From NCBI RefSeq assembly GCF_001194135.2, contig NC_068981.1, forward strand, positions 86,354,129-86,418,128: a stretch of 64,000 nucleotides of DNA. Direction: 5' to 3'. Both the position numbers and the translations under genes were made by a program. Shown here one piece after another: positions 25,254 through 38,645 of the stretch (its first letter is position 1; each line of letters begins with the position of its first letter). The DNA comes from Octopus bimaculoides (taxonomy: Eukaryota). The notes below the pieces were generated by a model, which saw nothing but the letters and a program-made list of their open reading frames with translations, did not search any database and was not told the DNA's origin.

Positions 25254-27167
25254 AATATCCATACAACATGTAAATATCCATCAACCCCAAAAAGTGAAGC
25301 TATCAGATGTGGATGAGGATAAATCAGACACCAAAATCTTTGCCATCAGTAGCGAAGGGGGAAATGTTATTTATCATGTTAGTTCTAAAACCAAAAATAT
25401 CTCAAAGAAGAATGTTGAAGAACTGAAATCTTTTGCTTTAACTGTAATGAACGAAAAAGGATCTGGTGTTTTGACTGCTTCAACTAGAGCACAAATTGAT
25501 ATGCCCTTTGACAGGGTGAACCCAGAGAATCTCAAGCTCCGAATCAATCCCTTTGGTGGATCAGAAAATTCTCTTGATCGGCTTATATTTGATGGATTTG
25601 AGCTTCCACCGCCTGCTCAAAATTTTGATCTAAGAAGCATCCGACGTTTAACAAAGGAAACTTGTTTAAAGGAAGGTATATATTTTGATGAGAAGGACCA
25701 ACTGGATAATACTGATCCCACAGAAGATCAGCCTACTGGAGTTAAGCAAGAGTTAGCTGGCACAGTCACTGATGATCCATCCAATAATGTGGTCACTGTT
25801 GAGGAACCTGCAGGTGAGACTAGTGAAAATATTGTCACTGGTATTCTGGATGATCTTGTTAACAAAGTAACAAGGGAGCCACTGCTTTTGAGCAAACAAG
25901 TCGATATTCCCGACGATTTCTCTCTTCCAGATGGTAAATCTGGCTCCATGTCTAAAGACAGTAGCGTCCTTGATGATGAGGATCTCCTGAATGCTATTGA
26001 TAAGAGAGGGTTAGAGATTGATTCTCCAACTGGCAGTGAATCCGATCTCTCTAGACCATTTGGTAGATCATCAAATAACGTTAGCAACAATTTAGATGAA
26101 AATGAAGAAGAAGCTACAGGTATACACACATTGCATATGCATATACTTCTCTATGTGCAGAAATATGACTGTCAGCAAACTCTCTATGCACTGTCGACCC
26201 TCAAGTCTATGCTTGTAACATGTCCTCGGCTCATGGTTACTGCCATGGCAACAACCAGCATCAGTAACAACAGATTACAACAGTTACCAAAATTGCAGAT
26301 GCTTCTAGCAAGACACCGAAAGTCAGTTTTTGGAAATAACTTCTTTGGAGAATTACCATCTGATGTGATATCAAACTACCGGACAAATATGTACTTAGAA
26401 ATTGTGATTTCTCTTTGCTTATACTTCATCCGATCATACTATCCAAATCTGATGATGAGCAAGTTATCACTTGAAGAACTTCATGGTAACAAAGAGGTTC
26501 ACATACTCAGTGCTGAAATTCTAACCCATCTTGTATCAGAGTTAATCCATATAATGAAAGAAAGTGGTAAAAGTTTTGTCTCTTACATCAGTGATCTTTT
26601 GATGAAATGCAAGCTGCAGAAAGCTATTCTACACTCTGTTTTGGCAAGCGTCTACAATTCACGCCAGATATCAGACAATGTCATGCATCGAGTGAGTTTC
26701 ACTGAAACTATTATATCCTTTAACGAGGACAGCTTAGAACAAAGTGCTAATGAAACTTTTCAAATAAAGCTATTAAATCTGTTGCTTGTGATGATTATGT
26801 TGGAGGGTCATATTCAATTAATTAAGGGAAGTCCAAATCCAACCAGTGGGGATTCAGCAAATAATGATAATACATCTTCATCCGTTGACTGGGATCGCAC
26901 AAAAGTAAACTTTAATCCTTCTCTGTCACGTGTACGTTATAACTCAGGACGGCCCATTGTCCAACAAGGCATGTTTTTGTCTGCAGTTCTTAGCGCGCTC
27001 AAGCAATCTCATCGAGCCCATATGCATCGTCACTGGATTTCCATGGTAACAGCTGCCCTGCCACATATGGGAAAGGCCATGGCTTTGGTTGTTATGAATG
27101 TTGTTTCACAGCTTTGCCGCAACCTTGAATCAATTTCATCTTTGTATACAACTCCAAAGGATGAAAG
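25254..27167 (+). CDS. DOP1: DOP1 exon 10, 1914 nt (ISIQHV...IHTLHMHILLYVQKYD...LCRNLESISSLYTTPKDER), phase 2/2
   Basis: tttccag|a acceptor, ag|gtaagc donor; ORF 25198..27171; IHxLxxHxLLY, LLARHRxSV and QGMFLSAV motifs. Confidence 0.97.
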
Positions 27168-28716
27168 GTAAGCATCTGTTATAGTTCATAAATGTTACCG
27201 TAAATTTTCATAAATTGTGTGCTAATACATAAATGTGCACACGTATGCATGCGCATACACATGTACAATGTATACTATGGGAATGGGAGATATATTTATA
27301 TAAATATATATATAGATAGATAGATATGTACTTTATGTATAATTACCTGCATTCTGAAGTATAGAGCTACTGCAAACATAATTGCCAAACCTTGTGGAAA
27401 TTTTGCTGATGGAATCACTTCCACCTCCTCCAAAACATATGTTTAAAGTTTTTGCAACAGTTTCCTTACATTAAAAAAATTTGGTTCTAACTCTGCCATA
27501 TATACCCATGCACATAGATATGCAGAAATATCTCATTTTATATACCACCATCATCATTTTACATCCACTTTTCCTTACTGGCATGGGTTGGACTTATGGT
27601 CCAAATCAATTTTTATTTGGATTTACTTTATTCTTAGATAGATTGGGGGACCTAGTCTTGTATGTTCATCCTGATGTCAAACACTTTATAGTGTGCCCTA
27701 GGTGTGTTTCATGCAGTACCTGCACTAAAGAGGTTGTCTTGTTCCCAGTAAAATTAAAGTCCTCTTTGCTTTGCTTTGTTTCCATTTGTTCAAGTCAATA
27801 TGGCTGAGAAGGTGATAGGAGAAAGGGTGAGAGGAGAGAACTATAGTGATAGATGAGAGAGACAGAGAAAGAAATGAAGATATCAAGCAAGGGATGAAAA
27901 AGAAAATTAACATGTTGATAAGGACATTGACTAGAAAACACCAAGAGTAGCATGATGGGAAATGAGTGTGATAGAAGTGACAAGCTGAAATAAGCGAGAG
28001 TAAAAGAAATGATGAGTAAGAGAGAAAGAATAATGAATAGTAATGTTGAGAGAAACAGTGTGTTTGGAGCAAGAGTGTGTTAGAGAAGAAAGTAATAAAA
28101 AAAGCAGTGATGGCAACTACTGTTTGGTGTTATGATGGAGAGTGGGTAATGGCTAGTAACAGAGCCAGGTAATGGTTGTCTATTGACAACCTGGATGAGA
28201 AGGAGGAGTGATGGCTAACTGAACAGAAGGATCATGGTAATTGCACCAAATACAGCCAACTCTAATGCAGACCCTTATTAATCCATTACCTCCCATAATT
28301 CTATTAACTGGATTTTTTTTTATGAAACTTTGATTTCTAGCATAAAACAGCCTTAGAAACAGACTGGAATGATCAAAATAACATTTTAAATAGAAATAAG
28401 CGAGATATTGGGTGAAAAATTAGCAAACTTCATTTGAATATCAGAAAAATATACCTAGTAGATATAGCAAAAAGGTTAGATATGTGTAAATATTGACAGA
28501 TAATTACGAAATTTGTAATTTTTAAGTGATCTCATATGAGATCACTGGTAGGTAATGGGTTAAATAGACATTGTGATGGGAGTGGGTGCAGTGACTTAAA
28601 CAATTTATAATAAAACTGTTTCATTTAGACATTAATTACTTTCAGTTACATTCCTGCTTTATTCACATTTCCACCACTGAGACCTGCATATTGACATAAT
28701 TCACTTATATTTTCAG

Positions 28717-28936
28717 GAAGCAACAGATGAAGAGTCTTCCTCCAGACCATGTGTTGACTATGTTAGAAGGATTGACCAGAATTTGTCACTATTGTCTTTT
28801 GGACAATAGTTCCCCTGTTTTAATCAATCAACACAGCCTGCCTAATCTGGGGATTCAATCCGCTGTGGATTCATATACTGCCGGCCAGATCCTCACCAAT
28901 TTAATCCATGTATTCAATCCAGTCAGTGGTAGTCGG
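28717..28936 (+). CDS. DOP1: DOP1 exon 11 (KQQMKSLPPDHVLTMLEGL...PVSGSR), phase 2/0
   Basis: tttcag|g acceptor, cgg|gtatgc donor; PPDxxLTxLEGxxxIxHYCLLD motif. Confidence 0.92.
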
Positions 28937-30449
28937 GTATGCATGCTGCTGAGTTGTATATTGTTTGCTCATAAATAGAATTTAGAGGAGGGGAGGATTT
29001 TATAATACATATTTGTTCTTTGATCTAAAGATAATGAGAAACTTGAGGGTAGGAATGCAGTTTGCTAATTCAACTTGCAAATTCTTTCATCAGTCTACAA
29101 TAATTTTGTTTTAAGAAAAGGTTCTTGCACTTTTAGTATCATTATTTCAAACAAATTAAAATCAGTTGCTTTTGCAGGATGCATAAAATAAATCGTATAC
29201 AAATAGTTTGATATCAATAATTCTGCCCTTATTTCAAGCATTTTAAAGATTTTAAACAACTTAAACCTGAAAATACAAATTCAAAAAATATTTTGATTTT
29301 TAATATTTAATTAATTGTTCCTTTATGAATGGGTTTCAAAGAACATGTATTTAATATTCTATTGAATCTAAAATATTAATATACATATATATATGATGAT
29401 ATACATATATATATATCATCGACTGTGCAATGAAGGAAATCATCATTTTGGTGATAGCATGTATTTTATCCATCAATTTTTGTATAATTATATAAATTCA
29501 ATATGATCAACGCATTTATAAATTTATGCTTTTAAAAATAAGTTAGGTATCCATAGTTAATTATCAAATTAGATTTATAACATTTAATTAGATTTTATAA
29601 ATGGGGGTACATTTTGCTTTTTATATTTCCGTTTGGTGCTTTTTTTAATTGGGTTTGTTTGTTATTTTTATGTAAAAGAAATTAGCATCAGAATTCCAGT
29701 TTAATGATGTTCATTTACTTAAATTTTTTTTTTCTTTTTGTTTCTTAAATTTTTTTTTTTTACCAGATTTTAAAATTCAGTAGAATCATAAGTTTTAGCA
29801 TTAACAAAATTGTATAAATTTAATTTATACACTGATAATTATATCATATATCCTGTAAAATAGTAATTCTGATGATAATATAATTTACTCTTGTTTATTT
29901 GATAATTTGTGTTTTGTTTTTAATCTTTCTGTTTTTTTATTATAATAAACAACATTGATACAGTGAATTAGATACATCTCCATCTTAACAGTTAATCTGA
30001 TTAAAACACTGGAGCTGTCTTTCCTAATTGAAACCTATTTGTCTTGCTATTTGGCTTATTAATTTTAACATCTTCAGTTGCTATTATTAACAAGCTATTT
30101 GCTCATTTGTAAGGCTTAAATTCTGCATGCTGCAATTTCACTACATGTAACCTTGTTTATCATTGATTCATTCACCACTGACCAAAGATTAAATGCTATG
30201 CTCAATTGTGAACCATGTTACACTTATCACAAGTTGATCTGTGAGTGATAATACCGGTTGGTGACCAAAGATTCTGTTTGTACTGCTAAAATGTACTCCA
30301 GCAACCACCCTCATGCTCAACTGCCCAGAATTCACTGTCTATCACTTGTGTTTACATGACTGTGCTGAAAGGTTACATACCCATACCCATCAATATGGGG
30401 CCAGTGATCAGAAAAAAACACAAAGGCCCCCGGTCTTAACAAACAATGC

Positions 30450-30590
30450 ATATGAGTGTATTCTCTACAGAAAAAAATAGAGATGAAGAAGACAATACAT
30501 GACAGTGGAAACTTCATTGTTATGGACCATGAGTTTGGTGCCAATGAAGCTACCATTCGTTCCACTTGCAAAGTGCATGGAAACGATTCA
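30450..30590 (+). mobile_element. Possible pogo/Tigger transposase helix-turn-helix relic
   Basis: HEFGANEATIRST resembles the CENP-B-type HTH motif xEFGVxESTIRxI; very short match. Confidence 0.3.
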
Positions 30591-30812
30591 TTTATTACTG
30601 TGATTTTTTTTTTTTGGTAACCCCACCTCCTCCATAATAAGTGAGGATAGATGTTTTTACAATATAATTATTTTCTTTAATAAATGAAGTATTTTTTATT
30701 CATTTTCTAAATAAACATTTGAGCCTTTAAAACTATGACTAGAATTACACTGAGGTTATTTTTAGTATTGGTTCATCTTTAAACATTTTATTTTGTGTAT
30801 TTTTTTTTTCAG

Positions 30813-30986
30813 GAGGCCAATTCCCAAAGTGATGCTGCACTTTTAGTACCACTTTTGGAAGCCCGCACACACCTTTTAAGTATACTTCCACGTATAATTG
30901 GGTGTATGGCTACTTTATGGAAAGCTATCAATGAATCAGAAGAAAATTTAGCACTTCAGCATAACTGGATTATAGGAGCACCCAAG
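30813..30986 (+). CDS. DOP1: DOP1 exon 12 (EANSQS...LEARTHLLSILP...GAPK), phase 0/0
   Basis: long T tract + cag|gag acceptor, aag|gtatga donor. Confidence 0.92.
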
Positions 30987-31486
30987 GTATGAACTCTGTC
31001 AACTGAATAAATGTTCTACTGGTTTTAATATCTTTTATTTTCTTTTGGTATATTGTAATAGCATGTAATATTTTTACTACTTAGTATGCAGTTCCATTCA
31101 TTCACCCAACTTAGTACACTCATCTCTCTATCTCTTTCCCCATTGTTGCATCCAAAACCTCCCCACTTCACTTTGCACTAACCTCTATTCCCACTTCTCC
31201 CTCCCCAGCAAATCAGCATTCTGGAATCTTCTTTCTGCTGGTGTCTTTCCTGCAGGTGTTTGCTTCTGACAGGTTATATAGAACATTAATAGCATTAATC
31301 TTCCTGCAACTTGAGGCTGTGCACTCTGATACATCTTCATCTTCTCTGTTTTCTAACTGGTAACCATGCATCTTCCCTACAGCATGACACTTGTTCCTGT
31401 TCCCTCTATCATATTTTATTTGGTGACCTCACTGGTGCCAGTGTCACATAAAAAGCACCCAGTACCCTCTGTACAGGGGTTTGTGT

Positions 31487-31790
31487 TAAACTGGCACTCC
31501 ATCACTTACGACAATGAGGGTTCTAGTTGTTCCAATCAACAGAACAGCCTGCTCATGAAATTAACATGCAAGTGCTTGAGCACTTCACAGAAGTGTCTAT
31601 CCTTAACGTAGTTCTCAGGGAGATTCAACATGTCAAAGAATGTGACAAGGCTGGCCCTTTGAAATACAGGTATAACTCATTGACCGGAGCATCATGAAAT
31701 AAAGCGTCTTGCTCAAGGACACAATGCACTGCCAGGTATTGAATTCATGGCCTTATGATATTGAGCCAAATAGCCCAACCACTTGGCCCA
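31487..31790 (-). mobile_element. CORE-like SINE nested in an RTE 3' UTR-type element (host 31415-31476 and 31800-31946)
   Basis: Head and CORE like 3375-3603, 3' tail homologous to 6400-6581; host halves flank it. Confidence 0.7.
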
Positions 31791-32497
31791 GCACCTTCAC
31801 AGGGATTGGTGCCATGAAGAACATTGATCCATGGAAACTATGTCAAAGCAGATATTGGAGCTTGGTACAGTCCCTAGGCACACCAGTTCATGTTGAAGCA
31901 TCCAGCCTATGCCAGCATGGAAAAGAAACGTTGAATGATGATGGTAATTAACATTAACCTCACTGGTTTTGGAAAGCCTGCAAAGGTCATATTCACTCCA
32001 AACTCAGCAAATAATTAAAAAAACAGCCCTGTTGCTGGAAATGTCACCAAATCCAGAACCAACATTGATAGGGATTGACCCATGTAAAAGTTAATGTATC
32101 ACTGTCATGGTGAAAATTAGATTAAAAAACAAACAAAAATATAGTGTTGATAATGACAGATGTTGAGATAATATTAGGGCAACATTATCATAACAGTTGT
32201 ATGGCATAATATTATTTTTTGGCAGTTATAAGCCAATTAGATACTTTGCAGTGCCTAAAATTCTATACCTAGTTGCTCCAAGCTCAAATGGCTGGTTTTC
32301 CTTTGCATACTTTTGGAGTTAAATAAGTACATATAATATATTATGATTGATTCCATAAGCATACCTTCTCTTTTGCAAAATTGTTCTTCTTCCTAAACAG
32401 ATACAATTGTTATTACTAGTTGATTTATATTCATGTCTGTATCTGATGCATTCTGCTCTTAAGCTAAGTATCTAATTAGTAACTATAATTTCATCTG

Positions 32498-32500
<3 letters not shown>

Positions 32501-32544
<44 letters not shown>
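32501..32544. repeat. (TA)n microsatellite (others at 9825-9876, 14716-14752, 15146-15175, 62126-62171; also (CA)n, (CT)n, (ACAT)n and (CTTC)n tracts)
   Basis: Direct reading. Confidence 0.95.
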
Positions 32545-32548
<4 letters not shown>

Positions 32549-33373
32549 GTCATCCCATAAATAATGCAATTTTTTCAGTTGCATGAACTTAAAGTCGGAG
32601 TGGGACAGGATAAACTTCCTGCATCAACTTGTTATAAAAGCAGGTAGTAATTTTACCTTGTACTTATTCTTGGTGCAAGTTTTGAAGAGGAAGAATGCAT
32701 TTCAATTTTAACCGTTATTTTTTCAAAGCTTTAATGAAAGTGACAAAGGAGTATATTTTGCTTTATGAGTTCAATAAAGGCAACAATGCAACAGAAAGTG
32801 CAAGAAATATTAATGTAGTATATGAGGATCAGAGAATAAGCGCAAGCCAGTGTCAGCGGTGGTTCCAGAAATTCCAAGCTGGAGACTACAGCCTGGAAGA
32901 TGAGCCTTATCTTGGAAGATCTGTAGAACTTGACAAGGATGTCCTGCAAACTCTGGTGGAACAAAATCCCATTGTAACTGTTTAGGAACTAGCAGAGAAG
33001 CTTGGATTTGGTCATTCAGTCAGTGCTAGAAGGAAAATGACCGTCTTTGATTTCAAGACGAAAGGTGTTCTTCCATCAGGATAAAGCTCAACTACATGCA
33101 GCGAGGATGACATTCCAAAGACTGGAGCAGTTTGAATGGGAAAGATACCCCACTCATCATATTCACTGGACATGGTCCCATCTGATTATCATTTATTCTG
33201 CACTCTTCAAAATCATTTGGATGAAAAATATATGAATTCTGTAGATGAGATCAGAAGAGTAGTAGAGGAGTATTTTTTGTCACTGACAAGTGAATTTTGG
33301 AAGAGCATTGTAGAAAATTGAGAGTATATTTTAGATTAATAAAAAAAAATGCATTATTTATGAGATGACCCAA
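32545..33373 (+). mobile_element. Internally deleted mariner (DD34D) transposon in a (TA)n tract
   Basis: TIRs ttgggtcatcccataaataatgca / tgcattatttatgagatgacccaa, TA flanks; N-terminal HTH (QRWFQKFQAGDYSLEDEP); QD-34 aa-D with HSSYSLDMVPSDY. Confidence 0.92.
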
Positions 33374-33669
33374 TATATATATGTAATAAACGAAGGAAAA
33401 AATTCCTTCAATGGGGTGTAAAACATCCAATTCACTGGTATGTCAATTTAATACCACAGGAATAGGGGTACAAGTACAAAATACAAACAATAAATTAAAT
33501 AGAGAAATACAATCGACAATCTAACAATTTATTTATATAAGACAGGACAGCATAAAAAATTATTAAAAAAACATAAAATGCCAACAATTTGTTTCAACTT
33601 ATATACATTGATTTATAAACAATTCATATCCATGTATTCAGCTTGATTTTTTTTTTTTTTGTTCTTCAG

Positions 33670-33795
33670 GTTGTTCGTTCATACATTTTGGAATTTCTCA
33701 GTCCTGTTGCTGTTCCTCATGGCTGCAATTTACTTGGCTCTGTTGCTGTTGCCTGGAATGACAGAAGACGAAAAGTTCCTGGTTATAATAAAAAG
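33670..33795 (+). CDS. DOP1: DOP1 exon 13 (VVRSYILEFLSPVAVPHG...AWNDRRRKVPGYNKK), phase 0/0
   Basis: ttcag|gtt acceptor, aag|gtatca donor; frame differs from listed ORF 33659..33886. Confidence 0.92.
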
Positions 33796-34011
33796 GTATC
33801 ATGTTTTAAAAGAGATGAATAATAATTGCTCAGTAATAAAAGGTAAAATGACAATTATCAATTTTGGAAACATTCCAGGGTTTTGAGTATTTTACTTTTA
33901 TTAATGTCTTAGAAATACTACACTAGCCTCACCTGCTTTAGTCTCAATCAAAACTAGTTTGTCTTATGTTACAAGTTTTTACTTTTATATTTACTTTGTA
34001 CAGAAGTGGAT

Positions 34012-34385
34012 ATGGTGCAGGTGCTGTGTGGTTAAGATAATTGTTCCCCAAATACTTAGTTACTGGTTCAGTGTCTTTGCATTGTACCTTGGGAAAGTGT
34101 CTTCTACTATAGTCTTGGACTAACCAAAACCTTGTATTAGAAATTGAATGAAGCCCACCATGTGTGTGAGTGTATCTTCATGTCTTGGTGTTGCATCATA
34201 GTTGTAAATGAGTGTCACTGTCATACAAGCAATGTTATTCCTTTCCAATATTCTGCAAAACATGTCTGGCCATGGGGAAATATATTAACTTGCTAGGAAA
34301 CAGAATGAGTGTCTGCCTGTAGAAAATTTACCTCAAACTATCTGACAATGCAAGCATGGAAAAGTGGACTTTAAAATGAACAATG
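34012..34385 (+). mobile_element. SINE family A2 (A head + alternative 3' half ending in the RTE-like tail)
   Basis: Head as in 23946; ends gcaagcatggaaaagtggactttaaaatg. Confidence 0.75.
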
Positions 34386-34404
34386 ATTTCTGCATTTATT
34401 CATC

Positions 34405-34555
34405 ATCATCATTGTCCAATGTCTACCCTCCATGCTGGCATGGGTGGGATGGTTTGATAGGAGCCAGCCAGGCAGGAGCCTGCACCAAACTTCTGTGACT
34501 GTTTTAGCAGGATTTCTACAACTAGATGCCATTCCTAACACCAACCATCCAACAG
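34405..34555 (-). mobile_element. RTE 3' end fragment
   Basis: catcatcatcatt...ccatgctggcatgggtgggatggtttga. Confidence 0.7.
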
Positions 34556-35187
34556 GAAGGATATTCTATAACTCATGAATCTGCATATTTTCACTGCATC
34601 TATAGAAGACAGCAGTTACAAAAAGGCCACTGAAAAGATTCACTCACCTATGCACAACAACTACTAATTCCTTGTTACCATTATTTTATTCTCTTACTAC
34701 CACTACTAAGGTTTCCGCTCCACTAAACTGACAAGCTGCATGCCAGTTCTTCTTACTAGAAGTTACAGCCTTTTAGAACGCCTTCCCTATCCATGTTTTC
34801 CTTTCATGAATCAAAACATAGATATTCAAGTTGAGCAACTGAATTAAGCTCACTTGACTAAGAAGAAAGAGGCCTGCAAATGTCATCTAGGTTGTCCCCT
34901 TCATCCACTAATTAAATAGTTTCTAAAGAAAGACAAATATTTTAGTATTGAATTTTTATCTATTTCACTAAACATTCTTCCTCTCCCCAATTTAGAGATT
35001 ATTCTATTTTTAAAGAATATTATTTTTCTTTGGGGAAAAAAATGGTAGCTACTAAATAATTTTTTTTAAATATTTTTAGCTACTGAAATTTTTTTAATAC
35101 TAAAAAGAGTGATAGTTAATGCAACATTAATTTTCATTTGAAAACTATTAATATGCTTATTAAGATATAAATTTTATTTAATTTCAG

Positions 35188-35328
35188 GTAATACCGGTAC
35201 CTTGTGAAGACCAACTTCTATTAGTTCAACTAGTGGATGCCATAAAAGTGTTACCAACTGATACTTTGGTACAAACAGTGAAACAAGTACTTAAACAACC
35301 ACCACCTTGTGATCTTGGACAAACAAAG
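35188..35328 (+). CDS. DOP1: DOP1 exon 14 (VIPVPCEDQLLLVQLV...VKQVLKQPP...QTK), phase 0/0
   Basis: tttcag|gta acceptor, aag|gtgaaa donor; QTVKQVLKQPP motif. Confidence 0.93.
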
Positions 35329-37365
35329 GTGAAAGAAGTTACCATTTTTTCTGTCAATAAGTTATTTTTAATTTTTGATTTCTTGCAAAAATCCTTTTCA
35401 TATGAATTACTTTTGAACACATCATAATAGATAGATCGCAAAAACGCATTAAGTTTGCAGTTAGTTTTGAGCATTAATAATCACACTTAAACTCCAACTG
35501 ATTTTCATGGTTATAGACAATGAATTTCCTTCTTTGATATAATAATAAAACAAAAAGATAAATGTTAACATCAAATAAGTTATAATATAGCATAATCTTT
35601 TTTAGTGCCAAATGAAATCTGTGAAGCTTGTCTAATATTTGTCTACAAAGAAAAATTGAAATTTCATCTGAAATATACTGTTGGTCATTGTCTTCACTAT
35701 GAAGAAATACCATATTTATTCATGTATAATATGAACTTTTGGCCAAATTTTTAAACCTAGACATTAAGAGTATGCAATGAAAAACTACAAATTAATGCTA
35801 TCTGATTTTCTTTTTAAAGATCTAAATTATTTGTTCAATTTATGTCCCATAAAATTACATGAAATACTTTTTGAATATTTGTTTAAAATATTTATTGATT
35901 CTCTGAAAATATAAAATGTTCTTTCAATCTTAATTTTATAAATAAAAAAATCTCGATTGAATTTTGGAATAAATGCACCCACATCCCTATCCTGTAATTT
36001 GTTTATATTTAATTTTTCTTTAAAAAATTTTGAGAAGAACTGATGATTAGGATAGCATATTCTAATAAAACTAAATTTTTCTTTTTTTCTTTTTCTTGAA
36101 TTCTCTAGTTTAAAGAGTTTTTTTTTTTTTAAATACAACTAGCAGAGTGACCTGGCTATACCTAGATATAGAATCAGAGTTACATGAGACAGACGAGTGT
36201 ATTTAATAGAGGATTGGCTCCTTTTTCCAACAAGTGACACAGAAATCTTGCTTGATGATTCATGCAAGAATATACATTTACATACAATAGCAGGGTGTTG
36301 TTTGAGGGAAATTTAGCTGCCTGATGGTAAGCCCACTAGAAGCAGCCTATTATTACATTATTGATATGGGACTTCTATTGGCATGACACCATTTCTAATG
36401 TCTTCACATTAGAAATGGTTACTGCTGCTATTTTATATAATTTCGTATTTGAGGGGCTTGATATATAGAAACAATTCTCAGTTCAAGTAAATAACAATTT
36501 TGTTTGTAGATTCTTTTAATCCTGTGAACTCTTTAATTGGTTTTATTGTTTTTGTGATATTTGGTTCCAAATAAGTTAGAAAATAGGATAGTTTTCAATA
36601 AACATTGAATATATATCAACAACACTGTGTTATTTCCACAATGTTAACTCTACACCAGATGCACTTTTATAGTTCACTTCTGTGAAGTTCAAAGGTCACT
36701 CTTGAATTTGTCTTTTGTCTTCTGAAGTATTTCAGTGTATTTTACACAACAATCAAAATTAATCTAACTGTATCACTGTATCAGTCAGACTATCAGTTAT
36801 ACACTGCTCGTCATAATGTACTTCCAATTCTTTCTTGATTGTGCCCTCTTTTCCATCATGGCCCAAATTAACTAAATTGTTTTCCCATTATCATAGAAGG
36901 ATATCTAACCATGAGAAATCCAAGTAAACTCTTTTTTTTTTCTATACAGCATGAGAAGTCTGTACATGAAAGATATTTTTTCCCTTATTTTCTTACCCAT
37001 AACTATTTCTACACATTTTAGACAAATGCTTCTTATATGCATGAATAAATATGGAAGTTCAAATTTATCCTACCTGTATGTCATCATATTCCTATAATCA
37101 TCTTTTAATTACGAACTACTGCTTTTAATTTTAGCCACCTTTATCAGTTTTGTTTCGTAAAATATATTGAGTCACCCTCTTTAGATCTATCCATAAAATA
37201 TGGACATATTGAAATAATTATTTTTCAACTTACATGATGCTACTTTAAAGATTATATTAGTTCTTACTCTTTCTTTTCTTGTTAAAAAAATATATGTTTA
37301 GTTGAATAGTTTTGTTTTTTTTATATTTATGATTATATTGTGATTTATTTGCTTTCATTATTTAG

Positions 37366-37526
37366 AAATCTGTTTCTCTTGAGATCAACATGCTGCAGTT
37401 CTTCTATGCATATATCCAACAAGCATCTGTGCAACAGCTTCTGGATTCTAAGCAGTCATTGTTGTCTTTATTAAAAGAAGGTCAAGCATTAAACCTTTCA
37501 CCACCTGGATTATTTCTGTTGTTAGA
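37366..37526 (+). CDS. DOP1: DOP1 exon 15 (KSVSLEINMLQFFYAYIQ...PPGLFLLLE), phase 0/2
   Basis: tttag|aaa acceptor, ga|gtaagt donor; LExxMLQFFYAYIQ motif. Confidence 0.94.
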
Positions 37527-37849
37527 GTAAGTAATATGGCAACAATACATTTACCAATTAATTGATTCATCAAAAATGTTTTAAGAAGTTGCTTTATAAT
37601 GACAGTGTTTTATACTACTATAAACTATAACAGTCTAATTGAATGAAAAACTAAAAATCTGGCGGTGTTACAAGTGATTTATCATAATTTCTCTTTTAAA
37701 ACTTGGCATATATTATTGAGTCACTCAGAAACTGGCAAGTATCCTGTTACTTGTTTGATTTGAGTGTCAGCTCAGACATTTTGGTCATGTTGCTCAATTT
37801 TCCTATTTGGATCCTGCGTACCGTGTTTTCTTCTCTGTAGATCTGGCTG

Positions 37850-38035
37850 GGGTGATGATTGGTGTTGGTTGGTCATGCACCTCATGGTCACAACAGATGA
37901 GAAAGTATTTCACACAGATAGGAACTGACCGGAACACTGCTTGGAGGGTTGCCCAGGCTGACCTGAGGATATACTGACAAATGGCAGATACAGAGATGTG
38001 CTGCAATGGCACACATGCTATACCTGACCTGATAT
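37850..38035 (+). mobile_element. LINE 3' end fragment (RTE-like, separate family)
   Basis: Translates approximately WSQQMRKYFTQIGTDRNTAWRVAQAD, a typical post-RT C-terminus. Confidence 0.45.
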
Positions 38036-38249
38036 ACCAAAGCATAATATTTATCAGCATGTCATGTTAGGTGAAAGTTTTTGTGTTTTGTTTTTTTTAT
38101 TTTAGGAGAGGAGTACAATTGATTGTTTCAACTTCAATATATTACTGGTATTTATTTATTTTGACCCTGTTCAAATGACACTTGATGTTAGCAGGTTTTG
38201 AATTTAGGGCCTTAATGAAATAAAGTTCTTAGCTATATCTAGTGATATC

Positions 38250-38645
38250 AGCACAGGTATGCCTGTGTAGTTAAGAAGCTTGTTTTCCAGCCATGTGGTC
38301 TTGGGTTCGGTTCCACTGCATAGTACCTTGGGCAAATCTATTACAGCCGGAGCTGGCCAAAGCCTGTGAGTGGATTTGATAGGCGGAAACTGAAAGAAAC
38401 CTTGTATGTATGTGTAAATGTCCTTGCCTAGACATCATATGATGGTTATAAATGAGCATTACCATCATACAAGCAATGTTCATTTCCAGTTTTCCAGTAA
38501 AAACATGTCAGGCCATGAGAAGATATTACGTTGCTTGGAAACAAGTGAGGGTTAGCAACAGGAAGGGCATGTGGCCATAAAAAATCTGCCTCACTAAACT
38601 CCATCTGTTCCAAGTAAGCAAGAAAAAGTGGGTACTAAATGACAG
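38250..38645 (+). mobile_element. SINE family A2
   Basis: Homologous to 34012-34385. Confidence 0.75.

Noticed and set aside
25728-26129. 133 aa antisense ORF
   Set aside because: Shadow of DOP1 exon 10 on the opposite strand; no independent signal.
25254-27167. Unusually large 1914 nt exon
   Set aside because: A large central exon encoding a poorly conserved, acidic linker is typical of Dopey genes as I recall; not distinctive.
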